Part shown: piece by piece, positions 17,397-19,769 of the stretch
How positions within the stretch are numbered: position 1 is the first letter of the stretch
How the letters are laid out: each line of letters opens with the position of its first letter
Assembly: GCA_040756235.1 (NCBI GenBank)
Contig: JBFLZG010000016.1
Location: 1 to 19,769, forward strand
Direction: 5' to 3'
Origin: a bacterium
GTDB taxonomy: Bacteria > Desulfobacterota > DSWW01
Length of the DNA: 19,769 nt
Notes under the pieces: generated by a model
The model's database searches: none
What the model saw: the letters and a program-made list of their open reading frames with translations, nothing else
Told to the model about the DNA's origin: nothing
Made by a program: the position numbers and the translations under genes

Positions 17397-17776
17397 TCAT
17401 TCGTTCCTACGGGTGCTGCTGCTGAATGCAGGTTTCGTCTCCTTCCACTGCACCTGTGCCTGCGGGCGCCTGCTCGTTCGGCGAATAGGGAACTTCCCGC
17501 CACATGCACGGAGCCGTGCACCGATTCCGTACCCGTAGCGCAGAGTCGATCACCCAAACATCCTTTCCCATCAACGGTGGCCAAAGAGCTGAATACCGCG
17601 AGCCAGCCTTGCACGCCCGGCTTGCCACAGGGCGCGGCTCTGGAGATTGCGAGGCCCGGAGGGCCGTGGCAACCTCCCGGTTACAGCAGGTGCAAGGGGG
17701 CGCCACGCTCGCGGGATGCCATTCGGCATGATGAAGAATATGTCACCGAGCTTGTGAGTCAGAGCAGGAGCCGCAG

Positions 17777-17965
17777 ATGCCGCCTACAGCTGCTATCCCA
17801 AGTCCTGACGCCCCCGTTGCAGATCCCGGCCCGGGCATAAGAGATGCCGCCCGGCTGAAGAGCCTGCAGAACAAGATCGGGGAGCTGGCCGCGCACATCG
17901 ACGCAGCCACCTTCCAGCTCTTCGAGGCGCGGTCGAGTTACCCCTGCTACGAAGGCGATCCATGA
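17777..17965 (+). pseudogene. Truncated N-terminal remnant of a DUF222/HNH-endonuclease (13E12-repeat-like) protein
   Basis: AGGAG RBS at 17766-17770. LKSLQNKIGELAAHIDAATFQL resembles the first helix of DUF222 proteins (I.ELAAHI.AA), after which similarity is lost and the ORF stops at 62 aa. Confidence 0.55.
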
Positions 17966-18003
17966 TGAGATGACTCTGATCAATGAGGGGCTCAATAGCG
18001 GCC

Positions 18004-18033
18004 GGACACAGGGGAGCGTTGCTTCCCTGTGCC
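18004..18033. terminator. GC-rich hairpin between convergent genes
   Basis: CACAGGGGAGC-GTT-GCTTCCCTGTG just after the DUF1329 stop; no clear U-tract. Confidence 0.35.
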
Positions 18034-18041
18034 TTGATCTG

Positions 18042-19343
18042 TCACTTGCAGAGCTTTTGGAACCCACTGATGGAGTACATGTTCAGGTTCTGCACGCAGA
18101 ACCAGCGGCAGACCGCCTGCGGGCTGATGGTACGCACGATGGTGGCGTGGTCGATGCGGTCATCGACAGCCAGGTACATGGGCGCCTGCATGAAGCGCAT
18201 CTTCTGATCGGCGCTCTGAAACCCACTCGTGCACAGCAGGACGGTCTTCCAGTAGTTCCCGGCACGATCGTTGATGATCTTGTAGGTCGCCGTGAACTGG
18301 AACCGCGCATCCAGCCAGAGCTGCTGGATGCCATAATTGTAGTAGGGATCTCTCGGCGTGATCTCCAAGCCGATCAGCTTGCGCTTGACCCAGAGCAGGT
18401 TCGTAGGCGCCCAGGGCGCGCCCGTCCATCTCTCCTTTTCCCAGCCATACACAATCGGCTTGATCGTGCTCGTGCTCACCCATTCGCCCTTTTCGTTCTG
18501 GACGATCTGCTGGGGGTCCTCGGACAAGAAAGGGCCGAGGGTCTCGCGGATGCCGATGATCTTCCAGTCCACGGAAGTGATCTTGCCGTCGAAGCCGAAG
18601 GAATCATCCACGCACATGTCGGTGCCGATGAACGCATCCGAGCGGTTCGCCGGGCTCATGCGGCGGACTCTGCGTATCGCGGGTACGTAAGAGTAGGTCA
18701 TGTCCTCCTTGTCGCCGAGAAAGCGCCAGGTCAGGACGTTCGTGCCGGAAATGTCGACCGGAGACATGATGCGGATGATCGAATACTTCTCCATTTGTTG
18801 CGGGTTTTCCAGCCCCCTGGTGCCGGGGAAGCCGTGCATGGGATGACCGAGGTAGGCTGCCTTGACTTCCCTCTCGTAGCCGCCGCGGCCCACCCAGACC
18901 CCGTTGAAGGGAGTATCCGTAGCCCCCAGGTTGTGGCCGTAAAACACCCGGTTGTACATGATCTTGTAGGCGGCTTTGGGGTCGTTCATATCCACTCCCG
19001 GGAACGGCCACCCTTCGACGAAATCGGGCTGCTGGCCGGTCAGGGCATCGACGATGTTGTCGGTCTCGTCGAGGGCATACTTGCCCTTGTTCGTCTCCCA
19101 GTTTCTGATGATGGCCTCCGGTACGAAGTCGTACGGATCGTAGTTCAGTTTTCCGATCGTGAGGATGAAATCTCCCTTCTTCACCCAGTTCAAAACAGAT
19201 TCCGGTAGCAGACCCTCCGCCTTTTCCCAGTTGCTCTTGTCAATCACATCCCCGGGCGACACATCGGCGAAGGCATTCACCGAGAACCAGGACAGCACCC
19301 CGAGGGCAATCCCGACGATGCGAACCCATCTCTCTGTTCTCAT
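18042..19343 (-). CDS. DUF1329 family exported protein (LolA-like fold)
   Basis: Start MRTERW at 19343 after AGGAG; signal peptide ending AFA-D; PGDVIDKSNW, GWPFP, YVPAIRRVRRMSPANRSDAFIGTD, DRAGNYWK. Confidence 0.85.
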   Translation of the reverse strand: MRTERWVRIVGIALGVLSWFSVNAFADVSPGDVIDKSNWEKAEGLLPESVLNWVKKGDFILTIGKLNYDPYDFVPEAIIRNWETNKGKYALDETDNIVDALTGQQPDFVEGWPFPGVDMNDPKAAYKIMYNRVFYGHNLGATDTPFNGVWVGRGGYEREVKAAYLGHPMHGFPGTRGLENPQQMEKYSIIRIMSPVDISGTNVLTWRFLGDKEDMTYSYVPAIRRVRRMSPANRSDAFIGTDMCVDDSFGFDGKITSVDWKIIGIRETLGPFLSEDPQQIVQNEKGEWVSTSTIKPIVYGWEKERWTGAPWAPTNLLWVKRKLIGLEITPRDPYYNYGIQQLWLDARFQFTATYKIINDRAGNYWKTVLLCTSGFQSADQKMRFMQAPMYLAVDDRIDHATIVRTISPQAVCRWFCVQNLNMYSISGFQKLCK

Positions 19344-19476
19344 CTCGCAATCTCCTGGAGGTTCATGCCCGAAGAAGGATCCGATCAGCAGATCCCTTGA
19401 AAGACCGGTGCGGACAGGCTTATCGTAGATCCTGCTCCTACGGATCGTGATGGCGCTCGCACCAGCAGGTCCCGGA

Positions 19477-19769
19477 TCAGTTGAGCAGGTAAGTGAATAT
19501 GAACGTGACTTGGTCCCTGTCGCGGTAGAATCCCATTCCGGTGAAGTTCCCCATGATGGAGCTGTAGGCGAGCTTGAAGCGGAAGGGCTCGAAGGTGTAG
19601 TTGGCCGAAGGCCCGACCATCCAGGCCCCACGGAAATCGTAAGCCGCGGAGAACGAGGGATACAGGTTCCCTTGCAGATAGGTCGAGTTGACCAGGAAGG
19701 TGATCTGGTTTTCGAGCTCCTTCACGCCGGCGAAATCCATCGTGTCCGGATAGATCGGGATCGCCATCT
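19477..19769 (-). CDS. 3' end of a DUF1302-like outer-membrane beta-barrel protein (partial, runs off the window)
   Basis: Amphipathic strands ending ...YRDRDQVTFIFTYLLN; directly upstream of DUF1329, the usual DUF1302-DUF1329 pairing. Confidence 0.65.
   Translation of the reverse strand, partial: MAIPIYPDTMDFAGVKELENQITFLVNSTYLQGNLYPSFSAAYDFRGAWMVGPSANYTFEPFRFKLAYSSIMGNFTGMGFYRDRDQVTFIFTYLLN

Noticed and set aside
17333..17840. Overlapping 75-151 aa ORFs in the AOR-DUF222 gap
   Set aside because: No RBS, atypical composition, no recognisable domains.
1..19769. CRISPR arrays, tRNA, rRNA, intact transposase or integrase
   Set aside because: None seen by eye.

Overview
GC-rich bacterial window, most likely Desulfobacterota/deltaproteobacterial judging from gene content (inference). 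Left to right: (1) a minus-strand candidate RiPP operon. It has a sigma70-type promoter, an unannotated 54-aa precursor-like peptide (3186-3350, absent from the ORF track; leader YKPPKI...EEILEQIGPAQA, core CSPGPCVIQ), a PqqD/RRE-fused radical SAM/SPASM enzyme, an apparently frameshifted small membrane protein and an HprK-like P-loop kinase, and it probably continues beyond the left edge. (2) A complete Kdp K+ uptake operon (small membrane peptide, kdpF with an apparent 1-nt insertion, kdpABC) with a split sensor (soluble KdpD-N/Usp protein plus a separate HAMP-PAS histidine kinase), controlled by a sigma54 promoter and an NtrC/AlgB-type activator rather than KdpE. (3) A SAM methyltransferase, mntP, an outer-membrane beta-barrel and a tungsten aldehyde:ferredoxin oxidoreductase. 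(4) An orphan promoter with a perfect palindrome, a possible structured RNA and a DUF222/HNH remnant. (5) A DUF1329 gene and the 3' end of a DUF1302-like gene. The RiPP cluster is the best candidate for an undescribed system.
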